Source of the DNA: an uncultured Ignavibacteria bacterium
Lineage (GTDB): Bacteria > Zixibacteria > MSB-5A5 > CAIYYT01
DNA: 64,000 nt
Direction: 5' to 3'
Assembly (NCBI GenBank): GCA_964576925.1
Contig: CAZNWJ010000004.1
Location: forward strand, 55,218 to 119,217
Below, piece after piece: positions 1 through 9,436 of the stretch; the first letter of the stretch is position 1; each line of letters begins with the position of its first letter. The position numbers were made by a program, and so were the translations under genes. The notes under the pieces are model-generated. The model searched no databases. It had not been told where the DNA came from and was given only the letters and a program-made list of their open reading frames with translations.

Positions 1-230
1 AGGGATTTGACGTTTGCGCTCACATGGACAATGCACCGTCAAGACCCTTCGTCTTTGGCTACCCCGCTACTGTAATCAATTTTGCTCCGTTTCCCGTCTG
101 CGATGGGTCATCAACGTTGCGGGTCTTGACCTACTCGGGAATTGCCCCCCATTCCCCTTGCAATCGGGAAAATCGCGTATTAATTGCTGACGCCGCCTGA
201 ACATCGGCGGGCAACAGGAGCAGAGCACTT

Positions 231-1937
231 ACGCGCATCGCCTTAGGACAAATCAATCCCACGGTCGGAGACTTCGCGGGAAACATCGAAAAGATTCTCG
301 GCTATGTCGCCGCCGCCGCCAAACTCAAATGCGACCTCGTGGCGTTTCCGGAATTGTCGCTCTGCGGTTATCCGCCGGAAGATCTGCTGCTGAATCGCAG
401 TTTCGTCGAAGCCAATCTCGAATATCTCAACAAACTGATCGCGCGCGGCAACGGCCCGGCGATTGTCTGCGGCTGGGCGGGTTCGGAGGGCACCAGCGTC
501 TTCAATTCGGCGGCAGTGATCAACAAACGCAAGCTGCTGCTGTCGTACGAAAAAGTCGCGCTGCCGAATTACGGCGTATTTGATGAAGAGCGCTATTTTC
601 AGCCCGGCTCCGAGATGCCGATATTGCGGCTGCGCAACACGCTGGTCGGGATCAATATCTGCGAGGATATCTGGATTTGTCCGGGCATCACTGAGCAACA
701 GGCGGCGCTGGGCGCGCGCGTGATCCTGAATATTTCCGCCTCGCCGTACCACGTGCACAAGGCGGAAGAGCGAATCGAGATGCTGCGCGACCGTGCGCTG
801 CGCAACAAGTGCCACGTGCTCTACTGCAACATGGTCGGCGGGCAGGATGAGTTGATCTTCGACGGTGCGTCGCTAGCGATCGACCCGAAAGGCAAGGTGA
901 TCGCGCGCGCGGAACTATTCAAAGAAGAACTGCTCGTTGTCGATATCGCCGAAGGCCCCAAACCGAACGGCGCGACTTTTGACCTGCTTAAACGCGCCGG
1001 CGCGAATGCGAATCAACAGTTTCCGATCCGCTACGCCGAAGTCGAATCGCAGGCGGCGACGACGCGTCGATCCGGAAAGCTCAAGGTCGCCAAGCGGCTT
1101 CCGGAAGAAGAAGAAGTTTTTCAGGCATTGGTGCTGGCGACGCGCGACTACGTCAGCAAGAACGGATTTAAGAGCGTGGTGATCGGCATGTCGGGCGGAA
1201 TCGATTCGGCTTTGACATCGGCTGTCGCGGTCGCGGCACTCGGAAAAAAGAATGTCCACCTGCTGTTTATGCCGTCGCGATTTACCTCCGAACTCTCACA
1301 TCGCGCCGCAGCCCGGCAGGCCAAATTGCTTGGCGTCGAGATGGATGACTTGCCGATTGTCGATCTGATCGACGATTACGCCGAACTGCTTAATCCCGTC
1401 TACGGCGATTGCACCGGCGGGCTGACCGGCGAAAACCTGCAGGCGCGCATTCGCGGCAATCTGCTGATGGCGTATTCGAACAAGTTCGGCGCGCTGGTGC
1501 TGAACACTTCGAATAAGTCGGAAGCTGCGGTAGGCTACACGACTCTTTACGGCGACATGGTAGGCGGATTCGCGGTATTGAAGGATATTCCCAAGACGCT
1601 GGTCTACAAAATCAGCAAGCATCTCAATCGCAAGCGCGAAACGATCGCGAAAGAAATCATCAAGCGACCACCGACAGCGGAATTGAAGGACAACCAACTC
1701 GACACCGATTCGTTGCCGCCGTACGAAGTGCTCGACGAAATCCTGCGGCTTTATGTCGAGCACGATACCGACGAACAAGAAATTGTGGCGGCCGGCTTTG
1801 ACCCGAAGATCGTGCATCGCGTGATTCGCATGGTGGGCGCCGCCGAGTACAAACGCCGCCAGTCGCCTCCGGGCGCCCGAATTACGCCGCGCGCCTTTGG
1901 CAAGGATCGGCGCTGGCCGATTACCAACAAATTCTGA
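231..1937 (+). CDS. nadE: Glutamine-dependent NAD+ synthetase (N-terminal CN-hydrolase domain plus C-terminal NAD synthetase domain)
   Basis: The C-terminal half carries the PP-loop SGGIDSALTSAV and the NAD-synthase fold. The N-terminal half is a carbon-nitrogen hydrolase domain (FPELSLCGYPPEDLL). Conservation (RIALGQINPTVGDFAGN) runs upstream of the first canonical start, GTG at 339. The codon at 231 is ACG and sits 10 nt after an AGGAG, so the start is uncertain and the safe call is 339..1937. Confidence 0.85.
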   Translation, partial: TRIALGQINPTVGDFAGNIEKILGYVAAAAKLKCDLVAFPELSLCGYPPEDLLLNRSFVEANLEYLNKLIARGNGPAIVCGWAGSEGTSVFNSAAVINKRKLLLSYEKVALPNYGVFDEERYFQPGSEMPILRLRNTLVGINICEDIWICPGITEQQAALGARVILNISASPYHVHKAEERIEMLRDRALRNKCHVLYCNMVGGQDELIFDGASLAIDPKGKVIARAELFKEELLVVDIAEGPKPNGATFDLLKRAGANANQQFPIRYAEVESQAATTRRSGKLKVAKRLPEEEEVFQALVLATRDYVSKNGFKSVVIGMSGGIDSALTSAVAVAALGKKNVHLLFMPSRFTSELSHRAAARQAKLLGVEMDDLPIVDLIDDYAELLNPVYGDCTGGLTGENLQARIRGNLLMAYSNKFGALVLNTSNKSEAAVGYTTLYGDMVGGFAVLKDIPKTLVYKISKHLNRKRETIAKEIIKRPPTAELKDNQLDTDSLPPYEVLDEILRLYVEHDTDEQEIVAAGFDPKIVHRVIRMVGAAEYKRRQSPPGARITPRAFGKDRRWPITNKF

Positions 1938-2046
1938 TTTGACAATTCACCCCTGTCTCTCCATTATCTTAGTCGATACTCAGGCTCTCTGTTACAGTTC
2001 GCAATTGAAGTTTTGTAGATAACCCTGTCTCTACGGAAGGAGTCCT

Positions 2047-2442
2047 ATGCTCAAGGAATTCAAAGAATTTGCGATGCGGGGCAACGTCGTCGACATGGCG
2101 GTCGGTATAGTTATCGGCGCGGCTTTCGGCAAAATCGTGTCGTCGCTGGTCGGCGATGTGATCATGCCGCCGCTCGGCGTCCTGTTGGGTGGTGTCGATT
2201 TCAGCAACCTGGCGATTACCCTGAAGGCGGCAACCGCGGAAGCTCCAGCGGTGGTCTTGTCGTACGGTAAGTTTATCCAGACCGTGGTGGATTTCATCAT
2301 CGTGGCCTTTGCGATCTTCATGGTGGTCAAGGCCATGAACACACTTAAGCGCAAGAAAGAGGAAGCTCCCGCGGCTCCGCCGGCTCCGAGCAAGGAAGAA
2401 ACCCTGCTCACCGAAATTCGCGACGCCTTGCGCCACAAGTAA
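2047..2442 (+). CDS. mscL: Large-conductance mechanosensitive channel MscL
   Basis: 131 aa with the N-terminus [35 protein letters not shown] and two TM helices, full-length MscL architecture. A GGAG RBS lies upstream. Confidence 0.95.
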   Translation: MLKEFKEFAMRGNVVDMAVGIVIGAAFGKIVSSLVGDVIMPPLGVLLGGVDFSNLAITLKAATAEAPAVVLSYGKFIQTVVDFIIVAFAIFMVVKAMNTLKRKKEEAPAAPPAPSKEETLLTEIRDALRHK

Positions 2443-2510
2443 TCGGGACCATCTCATGTCAGGATCGCAGGGATCCTGACCTCTGGGTCTGAATAGGCAT
2501 GCTCCTGTCA

Positions 2511-2550
2511 AAGTCCGGATGATTTTTTCATCCGGACTTTCGTTTTTTCG
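2511..2550 (+). terminator. Rho-independent terminator downstream of mscL
   Basis: Perfect 12-bp stem AAGTCCGGATGA / TCATCCGGACTT followed by TCGTTTTTTCG. Confidence 0.75.
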
Positions 2551-2754
2551 CACCCCAAAAACCACAGTTCACGTCGATGCGGCCGGCGCAAAAGCTTGTC
2601 GAATCACGACTTAAATTACCCAACATTCGCGCCTTTAATATTAGACAAAACATAAACAATATGAAGTTAGACATGAAAACTAGCTGGTGCATCCAGATGT
2701 TTTATAGACAGAAGTAAGACAGTGAATCAGAATTTGAGAATTCAGAGATAACAA

Positions 2755-2985
2755 GTGAAGGAGACAGAAATGAAAACACTCGATGTCATCGTCGCGGTCC
2801 TGCTCATCGTGGGCGGACTGAACTGGGGTCTGGTCGGCCTGCTGAACTTCGACCTCGTCGCCACTCTTCTAGGAGACGGCACGATACTCGCGAAGATCGT
2901 TTACGTCCTGGTCGGTTTGTCCGCAATCTACCAAGCCGCTGGATTCAAGGCGATCCAGCGTCGTTGGGGTGTGGTTACCGCCTAA
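2755..2985 (+). CDS. Small membrane protein, DUF378 family
   Basis: 76 aa with two TM segments and the DUF378-like motif GGLNWGLVGL. A GAAGGAG RBS precedes it. The start could instead be the ATG at 2770. Confidence 0.6.
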   Translation: MKETEMKTLDVIVAVLLIVGGLNWGLVGLLNFDLVATLLGDGTILAKIVYVLVGLSAIYQAAGFKAIQRRWGVVTA

Positions 2986-3081
2986 CTGGGCAGAGCATCT
3001 GCGCCGGACCGAGTTCGCTCTGTCCGGCGCCACAATAGATCAAGAGCAGAATAGACATATACAGGCAATAGGAGGAGAAAC

Positions 3082-3663
3082 GTGAACAAGAAAATTCCTG
3101 GACTACTGGCGGCGTTTGCCCTGATGGCTTCGCTCAACAGCCAATCAATCCTGGCTGACAATTGTGCGAGCGGTAAAGCAGAAGCCACAAGCAAGAAAAC
3201 AGGAGAAATCATGAAGGCGGGTGCCACGGAGAAAGCGCAGAAGGCGATGGACATCGTCGAAACCGCGGCTTCCGCCGGCAGTTTCAACACGCTGGTGGCA
3301 GCGGTGAAGGCAGCAGGATTGGTTGAGACGCTCAAGGGCGAAGGACCCTTCACTGTCTTCGCGCCGACCGATGAAGCTTTTGCCAAGCTGCCGAAAGGCA
3401 CTGTTGAAGCCCTTCTCAACGACAAGGCGAAGCTGACCAGCATCTTGACCTACCACGTCGTTGCGGGCAAGGTGATGGCGGCTGACGTCGTGAAGCTCAG
3501 CGAAGCCAAGACGGTCAATGGTCAGAGCGCCAAGGTCGTCGCCGGAAAAGACGGCGTGATGATTGACAACGCCAAAGTCGTCAAGACGGACATCACGACC
3601 TCGAACGGCGTGATCCACGTGATCGATACCGTGATTCTTCCCAAGGAAGATAAGAAGTCATAA
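3082..3663 (+). CDS. Secreted fasciclin (FAS1) domain protein
   Basis: GTG start 7 nt after a GGAGGAG RBS, with a signal peptide. FAS1 hallmarks: [30 protein letters not shown]. Confidence 0.85.
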   Translation: MNKKIPGLLAAFALMASLNSQSILADNCASGKAEATSKKTGEIMKAGATEKAQKAMDIVETAASAGSFNTLVAAVKAAGLVETLKGEGPFTVFAPTDEAFAKLPKGTVEALLNDKAKLTSILTYHVVAGKVMAADVVKLSEAKTVNGQSAKVVAGKDGVMIDNAKVVKTDITTSNGVIHVIDTVILPKEDKKS

Positions 3664-3856
3664 TGACCGAGCTGAAGCAGACCGGACACCGTGCGACTCT
3701 ACCCTTGCTTCCACGATCGACTTCTGTCGTCGGTGTCCGCCTGTTTCGAGCAGATACATCGCCCGTAGCGGCCAGTGCCGAAGGGCAGCAGCAAACTTGA
3801 TACAGTAACAGTAACAGATCCGCGGAGAGCGGAGAAAAACAGGAGGAGAGAGAACA

Positions 3857-6361
3857 ATGTTGAAACTGAGATTTCTGGCGGTGTTTCTGGCGACGGTGTT
3901 CGCAATGCCGCTCGTAGCTCGGGCCGCCGATGCGCGCCTGCAGGTGATTCACAACGCTGCCGATCCGGCGGCGGCCGTGGTCGACATCTATGTTAATGAC
4001 GCACTTTTTGAAGATGATTTTGCTTTCCGGGAGGCCACCGAGTATCGCACCGTGCCGGCCGGCGTGCAATTGAATATCCAGATCGCGCCGGGCAACTCGA
4101 GTTCCTCGGCGGAGGCAATCGCCACGATCCCGGTAACTCTTACCGCGAATCGCACCTATGTTGCGATCGCCAACGGCGTGTTAGGTTCCGGTTTTGCCGC
4201 CAATCCTGACGGCGCAGCGATCGGTTTCCAATTGTTTGCGCGCGACGGACTGCGTGAAAAGGCCAACTGGAACCAGGTGGTTGATCTGATTGCGTTTCAC
4301 GGCGCGACCGATGCACCGACCGTTGACGTGCGCATCCGCAAGGGTGGAAAGACTCCGCTTTTCAATGACCTGAGCTATGGTGAATTCAGCGCTTATCGCC
4401 CGGTAGCGGCGCGCAAGTACATTCTCGACGTGACCCCCGGCAACGATGCCTCGACCGTGGTTGCCTCGTTTGAGGCAGATCTCAACGGTCTGAAGGGCGG
4501 CGCTGCCGTCGTGTTTGCCTCCGGATTCTTGAACCCGGCGGCCAACAACGGTGGTCCGGCCTTCGGTTTGTTCGCCGCGCTGCCGAATGGCGCCGTCGCG
4601 GCTTTGCCGGTAGTGGTGCCGACCGCGCGTCTGCAGGTAATTCACAATGCCGCCGATCCGGCTGCGGCGTCAGTCGATATCTACGTGAATGATAATCTTT
4701 TCGAGAACGACTTCGCTTTCCGCGAAGCCACCGAATTTCGCACGGTTCCCGCTGGTGTCCAGTTGAATATCCAGATTGCGCCGGGTAACAGCTCGTCGTC
4801 CGCGCAGGCGATTGCCACGATCCCGGTGACGCTTGAGGACGGTAAGACCTATGTCGCGATTGCCAACGGCGTCCTCGGTTCCGGTTTCGCCACGAATCCC
4901 GATGGCCGCAGCATCAGCTTCAGCCTCTTTGCCAAGGACGGCATTCGCGAGCGCGCTTCCTGGTTCTATCGCACGGATGTCATCGGATTCCACGGCGCCA
5001 CCGATGCGCCGAACGTTGACATCGTTGCGCGCGGCTGGCCGTTTGGTCCGGTTGTCAATAATGCCTCATACGGAGACTTCGGCGGCTACGCTTCACTGGC
5101 TCCGCGAAAGTACGTTCTGGATGTCACTCCCGGCGACGACAACAACACGGTCGTGGCTTCGTTTGAGGCGGATCTGACCGGGCTGAACGGTGGCTCGGCG
5201 GTGGTGTTTGCTTCGGGGTTCTTGAATCCTGCCGCCAACAACAATGGCCCTTCGTTCGGGCTGTTTGCGGCGCTGGCGAATGGCACGGTCGTTGCCTTCC
5301 CGGCTTACCAGGCCACCGCTCGCCTGCAGGTCATTCATAATGCCGCCGATCCGGCTGCGTCGGTTGTTGATGTCTACGTCAACGACGGCGCGACTCCTTT
5401 GATCGACAACTTCGCGTTCCGCACGGCGACGCCGTTTATCGATGTGCCGGCCGGAGTGCAGTTGAATCTCCAGATCGCCCCGGGCAATAGTTCGTCCTCG
5501 GCGCAGGCGATCGCGACGATCCCGGTAACTCTTGAGCCGAATCAGACGTATGTTGCTATCGCCAATGGCATCCTGGGTTCCGGCTTTGCGGCCAACCCGG
5601 ATGGCGAGGATATCGGCTTCAAGCTGTTCCCGGTTGATGGCGTTCTCGAAGAGGGCCGCTCGCGTTTAGGCGTGAACCTCATCGTGTTCCATGGCGCGAC
5701 CGATGCGCCGACAGTCGATGTCTTTGCGCGCCTCGGTAACTTCACCTATCGCGCGGTGAATGACCTGACCTATGGTGAATTCTCGGACTACAAGTTCTTC
5801 TTTGCGAGGAACTACACCTTGACCGTTACCCCGGGCAACAGCACGACGGGTGTCGCGTCCTTCACCGCCGATCTCAGCGGTCTGGGCGGCGGAGCAGCCG
5901 TAGTGTTTGCTTCAGGATTCCTGAATCCGGCGGCTAACAACAACGGTCCGGCGTTTGGGCTGTATGCGGCGCTGCCGAACGGCGCCGTGGTAGCTCTGCC
6001 GGCGGTTGCGCCGAGTGCGATCGTCGCCATCGACAACGAAGACGAGTTGACGGAGGGGAAGATCGAAGAGCTTGAGCGCGGTGCGACAGCTTTGCCGACC
6101 GATTTTGCCCTGAGCCAGAACTACCCGAACCCGTTCAATCCGACCACGACGATTTCCTTCGCCTTGCCGAAGAGCTCGCCGGTGACCTTGAGTGTATACA
6201 ACATTCTCGGGCAGGAAGTAGCGCGGCTGGTGGACGGACCGATGGCCGCCGGCACGCACCAGGTGACGTTTGAGGCCTCCAATATGGCTTCGGGGATATA
6301 CTTCTACCGCCTGCAGACTGACGGGTTCAGCGAGCAGCGCAAGATGGTGTTGATGAAGTAG
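3857..6361 (+). CDS. Large secreted repeat protein: three ~230-aa tandem repeats, each with two DUF4397-like modules, plus a T9SS C-terminal sorting domain
   Basis: Signal peptide. The three repeats begin ARLQVIHNAADPAA..VDIYVND and share ~80% nt identity. The C-terminus YPNPFNPTTTISFALPK...GIYFYRLQ...KMVLMK is a typical Por/T9SS CTD. Confidence 0.75.
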   Translation: MLKLRFLAVFLATVFAMPLVARAADARLQVIHNAADPAAAVVDIYVNDALFEDDFAFREATEYRTVPAGVQLNIQIAPGNSSSSAEAIATIPVTLTANRTYVAIANGVLGSGFAANPDGAAIGFQLFARDGLREKANWNQVVDLIAFHGATDAPTVDVRIRKGGKTPLFNDLSYGEFSAYRPVAARKYILDVTPGNDASTVVASFEADLNGLKGGAAVVFASGFLNPAANNGGPAFGLFAALPNGAVAALPVVVPTARLQVIHNAADPAAASVDIYVNDNLFENDFAFREATEFRTVPAGVQLNIQIAPGNSSSSAQAIATIPVTLEDGKTYVAIANGVLGSGFATNPDGRSISFSLFAKDGIRERASWFYRTDVIGFHGATDAPNVDIVARGWPFGPVVNNASYGDFGGYASLAPRKYVLDVTPGDDNNTVVASFEADLTGLNGGSAVVFASGFLNPAANNNGPSFGLFAALANGTVVAFPAYQATARLQVIHNAADPAASVVDVYVNDGATPLIDNFAFRTATPFIDVPAGVQLNLQIAPGNSSSSAQAIATIPVTLEPNQTYVAIANGILGSGFAANPDGEDIGFKLFPVDGVLEEGRSRLGVNLIVFHGATDAPTVDVFARLGNFTYRAVNDLTYGEFSDYKFFFARNYTLTVTPGNSTTGVASFTADLSGLGGGAAVVFASGFLNPAANNNGPAFGLYAALPNGAVVALPAVAPSAIVAIDNEDELTEGKIEELERGATALPTDFALSQNYPNPFNPTTTISFALPKSSPVTLSVYNILGQEVARLVDGPMAAGTHQVTFEASNMASGIYFYRLQTDGFSEQRKMVLMK
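3938..6003 (+). repeat. Three tandem intragenic nucleotide repeats (~688-bp period) inside the DUF4397 protein gene
   Basis: The units start near 3938, 4626 and 5317, each with the motif CGYCTGCAGGTNATTCAYAAYGCYGCCGATCCGGC. Confidence 0.8.
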
Positions 6362-6889
6362 GAAATTCTGATTTGCTCGCCTCGGTGCGAGCGTTAGAGA
6401 GTCATCTCACTTCCTTTGTTTACGTTTCGCCTGAAGGCGATCCGGTGTTGCTCGGGTCGCCTTCGGCGCTTTTGGCTCATTTCTGAGCGCCCGATCGATC
6501 GAGCTACGAGGAAAGAACAGCGGGTGGAGTCAATCACAAACCGCGGAGTTGTGAGCACTCGCCTGTTGCAGTTCTACCGGGCGAGTGCCTGTGATATGTT
6601 GGCCACCCTAACCGCAGGGACAAGCCCTGCGGCTACATTCGTTCCCCTACTAATAGTCGCGTTTGGATTTATGGAGTGAATCGCTACAAAAAGGGCGGTC
6701 GAATTGAAGTGATCTCGGTGCGAGCGAGAGTGTTAGCATTCATGTTTGAAGGCCGATTTTGCGGGACAGAATGCAGTTAAGAGGGCGGGCGTCGTGAATC
6801 GCATTTGAGAGGGAATAGAGGAAGATTATGAGCAGGAACGGGTTTGCTTCGACGCGATATTCGCGATTGAGATGTCGGCAGTTTGCTCG

Positions 6890-7615
6890 CCCCTCGCATT
6901 GACAGCGCAAGAAAAGACACGGCGCAACGATCTTTAGGGGGAGATCCTGAGCAAGGTAGTGTCAAATCCCTGCGGGTGGATCGGAGGCATTTGGGCTGTA
7001 AGCGAAATCGGGAGAGGTGAGCGTGTTCGAACCGAGAAGAGACGGGATTTGACCTACGATTCTATTGAAGTGAGATTGCTTCGTCGCGGCAGAGTGCGAC
7101 GATAATCGCAGATCGTTCGCTCCTCGCGATGACGGTGCAGAAGAGAAGGAATCTGATTGGCGTCAGGTCGCCTCGCGGGTGGGAAGGGTAGTTCTTCCAG
7201 ATTGTATCGGGCGCGAGAAGACCTGACGCAACGATCTTTGGGGGAAGATACGGTGTCAGGATCGCGGGGATCCTGACCTACAGGCTGACGCAACGAATTC
7301 TAGGGGGACTATACAGATCGAGGAATTGTCAAATCCCTGCGGGTGGGTCGGAGGCATTTGGGCTGTAAGAGTAGTTGGGGAAGGTGAGCGTATTCGAGCT
7401 TAAGAGATTCGGGATTTGACCTACGATTCTTTTGAAGTGAGATTGCTTCGTCGCGGCAGAGTGCGACGACGATAATCGCAGATCGTTCGTTCCTCGCGAT
7501 GACGGTGCAGAAGAGATTGAGCCCAGAGAGCGTCAGGTCGCCTCGCGGGTGGGTAGAGTAGTTCTTCCAGCTTTTATCGGGCGCGAGAAGACCTGACGCA
7601 ACAGTCCATAGCTTG
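6890..7615 (+). repeat. About 2.3 tandem copies (367-bp period) of a composite hairpin-rich non-coding element
   Basis: The inverted-repeat (IR) hairpin GTCAAATCCC...GGGATTTGAC lies at 6961-7053 and 7328-7420. The box CGTTCGCTCCTCGCGATGACGGTGCAG is at 7118 and 7486. The hairpin GCGTCAGGTC...GACCTGACGC is at 7160-7235 and 7524-7600. The GACGCAACGATCTTTRGGGGGA motif recurs at 6925, 7225 and 7290. Confidence 0.9.
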
Positions 7616-7648
7616 AAGCAAAAGCGGCGCACCGATGGTGCGCCGCCA
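7613..7648 (-). terminator. Rho-independent terminator of the pepP-accB-pilT operon
   Basis: On the minus strand, a GGCGGCGCACC/GGTGCGCCGC stem is followed by TTTTGCTTC, directly after the pilT stop. Confidence 0.65.
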
Positions 7649-7688
7649 TTGTAATGCAGATAGTACGCTATGATTGCGTTGCAACCGC

Positions 7689-8798
7689 CTAATGCGTGCC
7701 CTGGATGGTAGTCCAGGAGGTATCGGAGGAGCTGGTGATACCCTTGACGCGCAGATCGAAGTCGTCGGGGTTGGAAGCGTTGCGCATGGCATCCTCGTAA
7801 GTGATATGCCCGGCGCGATAGAGTTTCATGATCGACTGGTCGAACGACTGCATGCCGTACTGCACCTGGCCGGCTTCGATAAACTCGATAATCGACGAGG
7901 TCTTGATCGGATCGATGATGCAATCGCGGATGGCGCCGGTGGTGACGGCTACTTCGACTGCCGGAATTCGGCCTGGCATATCGGCGCGCGGGAGCAGACG
8001 CTGGCAGACGATCGCCTTCATGGTGCCGGCCAGCAGCAAACGGATTTGCTGATGCTGGTGCGGCGGGAAGAAGGAGATGATACGGCTGATGGTTTCGACG
8101 ACGTTCATCGTGTGGAGCGTGGTCAAGACCAGATGGCCGGTATCGGCGGCGGCGAGGGCAATGCCCATCGTCTCGGCGTCACGAATTTCACCGATCAGGA
8201 TCACATCCGGGTCCTGACGAAAAGCGTGGCGCAGCGCGGCGGCGAAGCTCTCGGAGTCGGCGCCAACCTCGCGCTGGCAGATGATCGATTTCTTGTCGCG
8301 ATAGATGTATTCGATCGGGTCTTCGATGGTGACGATGTTTTCCGCCCGGTGCGAGTTAATGTACTCGATGACGGCGGCCAGCGAAGTCGACTTGCCGGAA
8401 CCGGTGGTGCCGGTGACGATAATCAGGCCGCGGCGGGTTTCGCAGAGATCGGAAATGACCTCGGGCAGGTTGAGATCCTCGAAAGAGGGCACCAGCGTGT
8501 TGACGGCACGGATCGCGATGCCGGGAGTACCGCGCTGGCGATAAAGATTGATACGGAAACGGCCGAGCTTGGTGACCGAAAGGGCCAGGTCCATTTCGCT
8601 GCGCGCGGCAAACCGTTTCTGCTGTTCGGGAGAAAGAATTTGGGAGACGATTTCGGTCATCGACTCCTTGGAGATCGGTTCGGTATTGATGACGACCAGT
8701 TTGCCGTGGACGCGCAGGGTCGGTTTGATCCCCACACGCAGGTGCAGGTCGGAGGCGGCTTGATGCTGCATCTCCACCAGCATGTCACGCAGGTTCAT
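7689..8798 (-). CDS. pilT: Type IV pilus retraction ATPase PilT
   Basis: N-terminus MNLRDMLVEMQHQAASDLHL. Walker A TGTTGSGKST. The PilT/PilU secretion-ATPase core is conserved. Confidence 0.95.
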   Translation of the reverse strand: MNLRDMLVEMQHQAASDLHLRVGIKPTLRVHGKLVVINTEPISKESMTEIVSQILSPEQQKRFAARSEMDLALSVTKLGRFRINLYRQRGTPGIAIRAVNTLVPSFEDLNLPEVISDLCETRRGLIIVTGTTGSGKSTSLAAVIEYINSHRAENIVTIEDPIEYIYRDKKSIICQREVGADSESFAAALRHAFRQDPDVILIGEIRDAETMGIALAAADTGHLVLTTLHTMNVVETISRIISFFPPHQHQQIRLLLAGTMKAIVCQRLLPRADMPGRIPAVEVAVTTGAIRDCIIDPIKTSSIIEFIEAGQVQYGMQSFDQSIMKLYRAGHITYEDAMRNASNPDDFDLRVKGITSSSDTSWTTIQGTH

Positions 8799-8857
8799 CG
8801 GTCACTCCTTATGGTTGTTCCGGAATCCTGCTGGTGCCGCGGGCGGAGTGCGCGCGC

Positions 8858-9376
8858 TTACGCCGGCTGGACGAGGAAAAGCACCTGACCGAACTCCACC
8901 GGAGAGGCGTTTTCGACCATGCGTTGGACAAGCACGCCGTCGAATTCCGCTTCGATTTCGTTCATCAGTTTCATCGCCTCGATGATGCAGACCGTCTGGC
9001 CCTTCGTGACCCGCTGGCCAACGTCGACGAACGCGGGCGCACCGGGCTCAGGAGAGGTGTAGAAGGTTCCAACCATAGGCGATTTGATTTCCTTGCCTGC
9101 CGGAGCCGCCACGGGGGGCGGAGCTGCAGCAGGTTGCGGAGCGGGCGCGACCGGGGCGGCAGCGACGGGCGCTGCAGCGGCCGGTTCCAGCGGCGGCAAG
9201 GTCGGCGCCACCTGCGCTTTGGGAATCGTGATCGTCGAGCCGTGGCCGTTACCGTTGGTTCCGGTCGTGCTACGCTTGACGATGGTTACATTGCTGAACA
9301 TCGTTTTGATGTTGAGCGACTCGATTTCCGACGATTCCACCAACTTCACCAGTTTCCGGATAGTTGATTCTCTCAT
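8858..9376 (-). CDS. accB: Acetyl-CoA carboxylase biotin carboxyl carrier protein (BCCP)
   Basis: Biotinyl-lysine motif [11 protein letters not shown] in a C-terminal lipoyl-like domain, preceded by an Ala/Pro-rich linker. Confidence 0.9.
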   Translation of the reverse strand: MRESTIRKLVKLVESSEIESLNIKTMFSNVTIVKRSTTGTNGNGHGSTITIPKAQVAPTLPPLEPAAAAPVAAAPVAPAPQPAAAPPPVAAPAGKEIKSPMVGTFYTSPEPGAPAFVDVGQRVTKGQTVCIIEAMKLMNEIEAEFDGVLVQRMVENASPVEFGQVLFLVQPA

Positions 9377-9436
9377 TACGTTCTATGACCGGGTTGAATC
9401 AACCCTACTCCTGTTTATCGAGTTTTCGAGCAAAAA

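Noticed and set aside
7021-7045. tRNA-like T-arm (GTGTTCGAACCGAG)
   Set aside because: It is only a short GTTCGAA resemblance. It has no acceptor stem or anticodon arm, so it is not a tRNA.
6890-7615. Possible CRISPR array
   Set aside because: The repeat period is 367 bp, the units are long and internally structured, there are no short regular spacers, and there are no cas genes in the window.
7674-8888. 404-aa ORF on the + strand
   Set aside because: It is antisense to pilT, which has unambiguous motifs on the minus strand. Its composition is a Gly/Asp/Arg-rich shadow frame typical of high-GC DNA. No domain is present.
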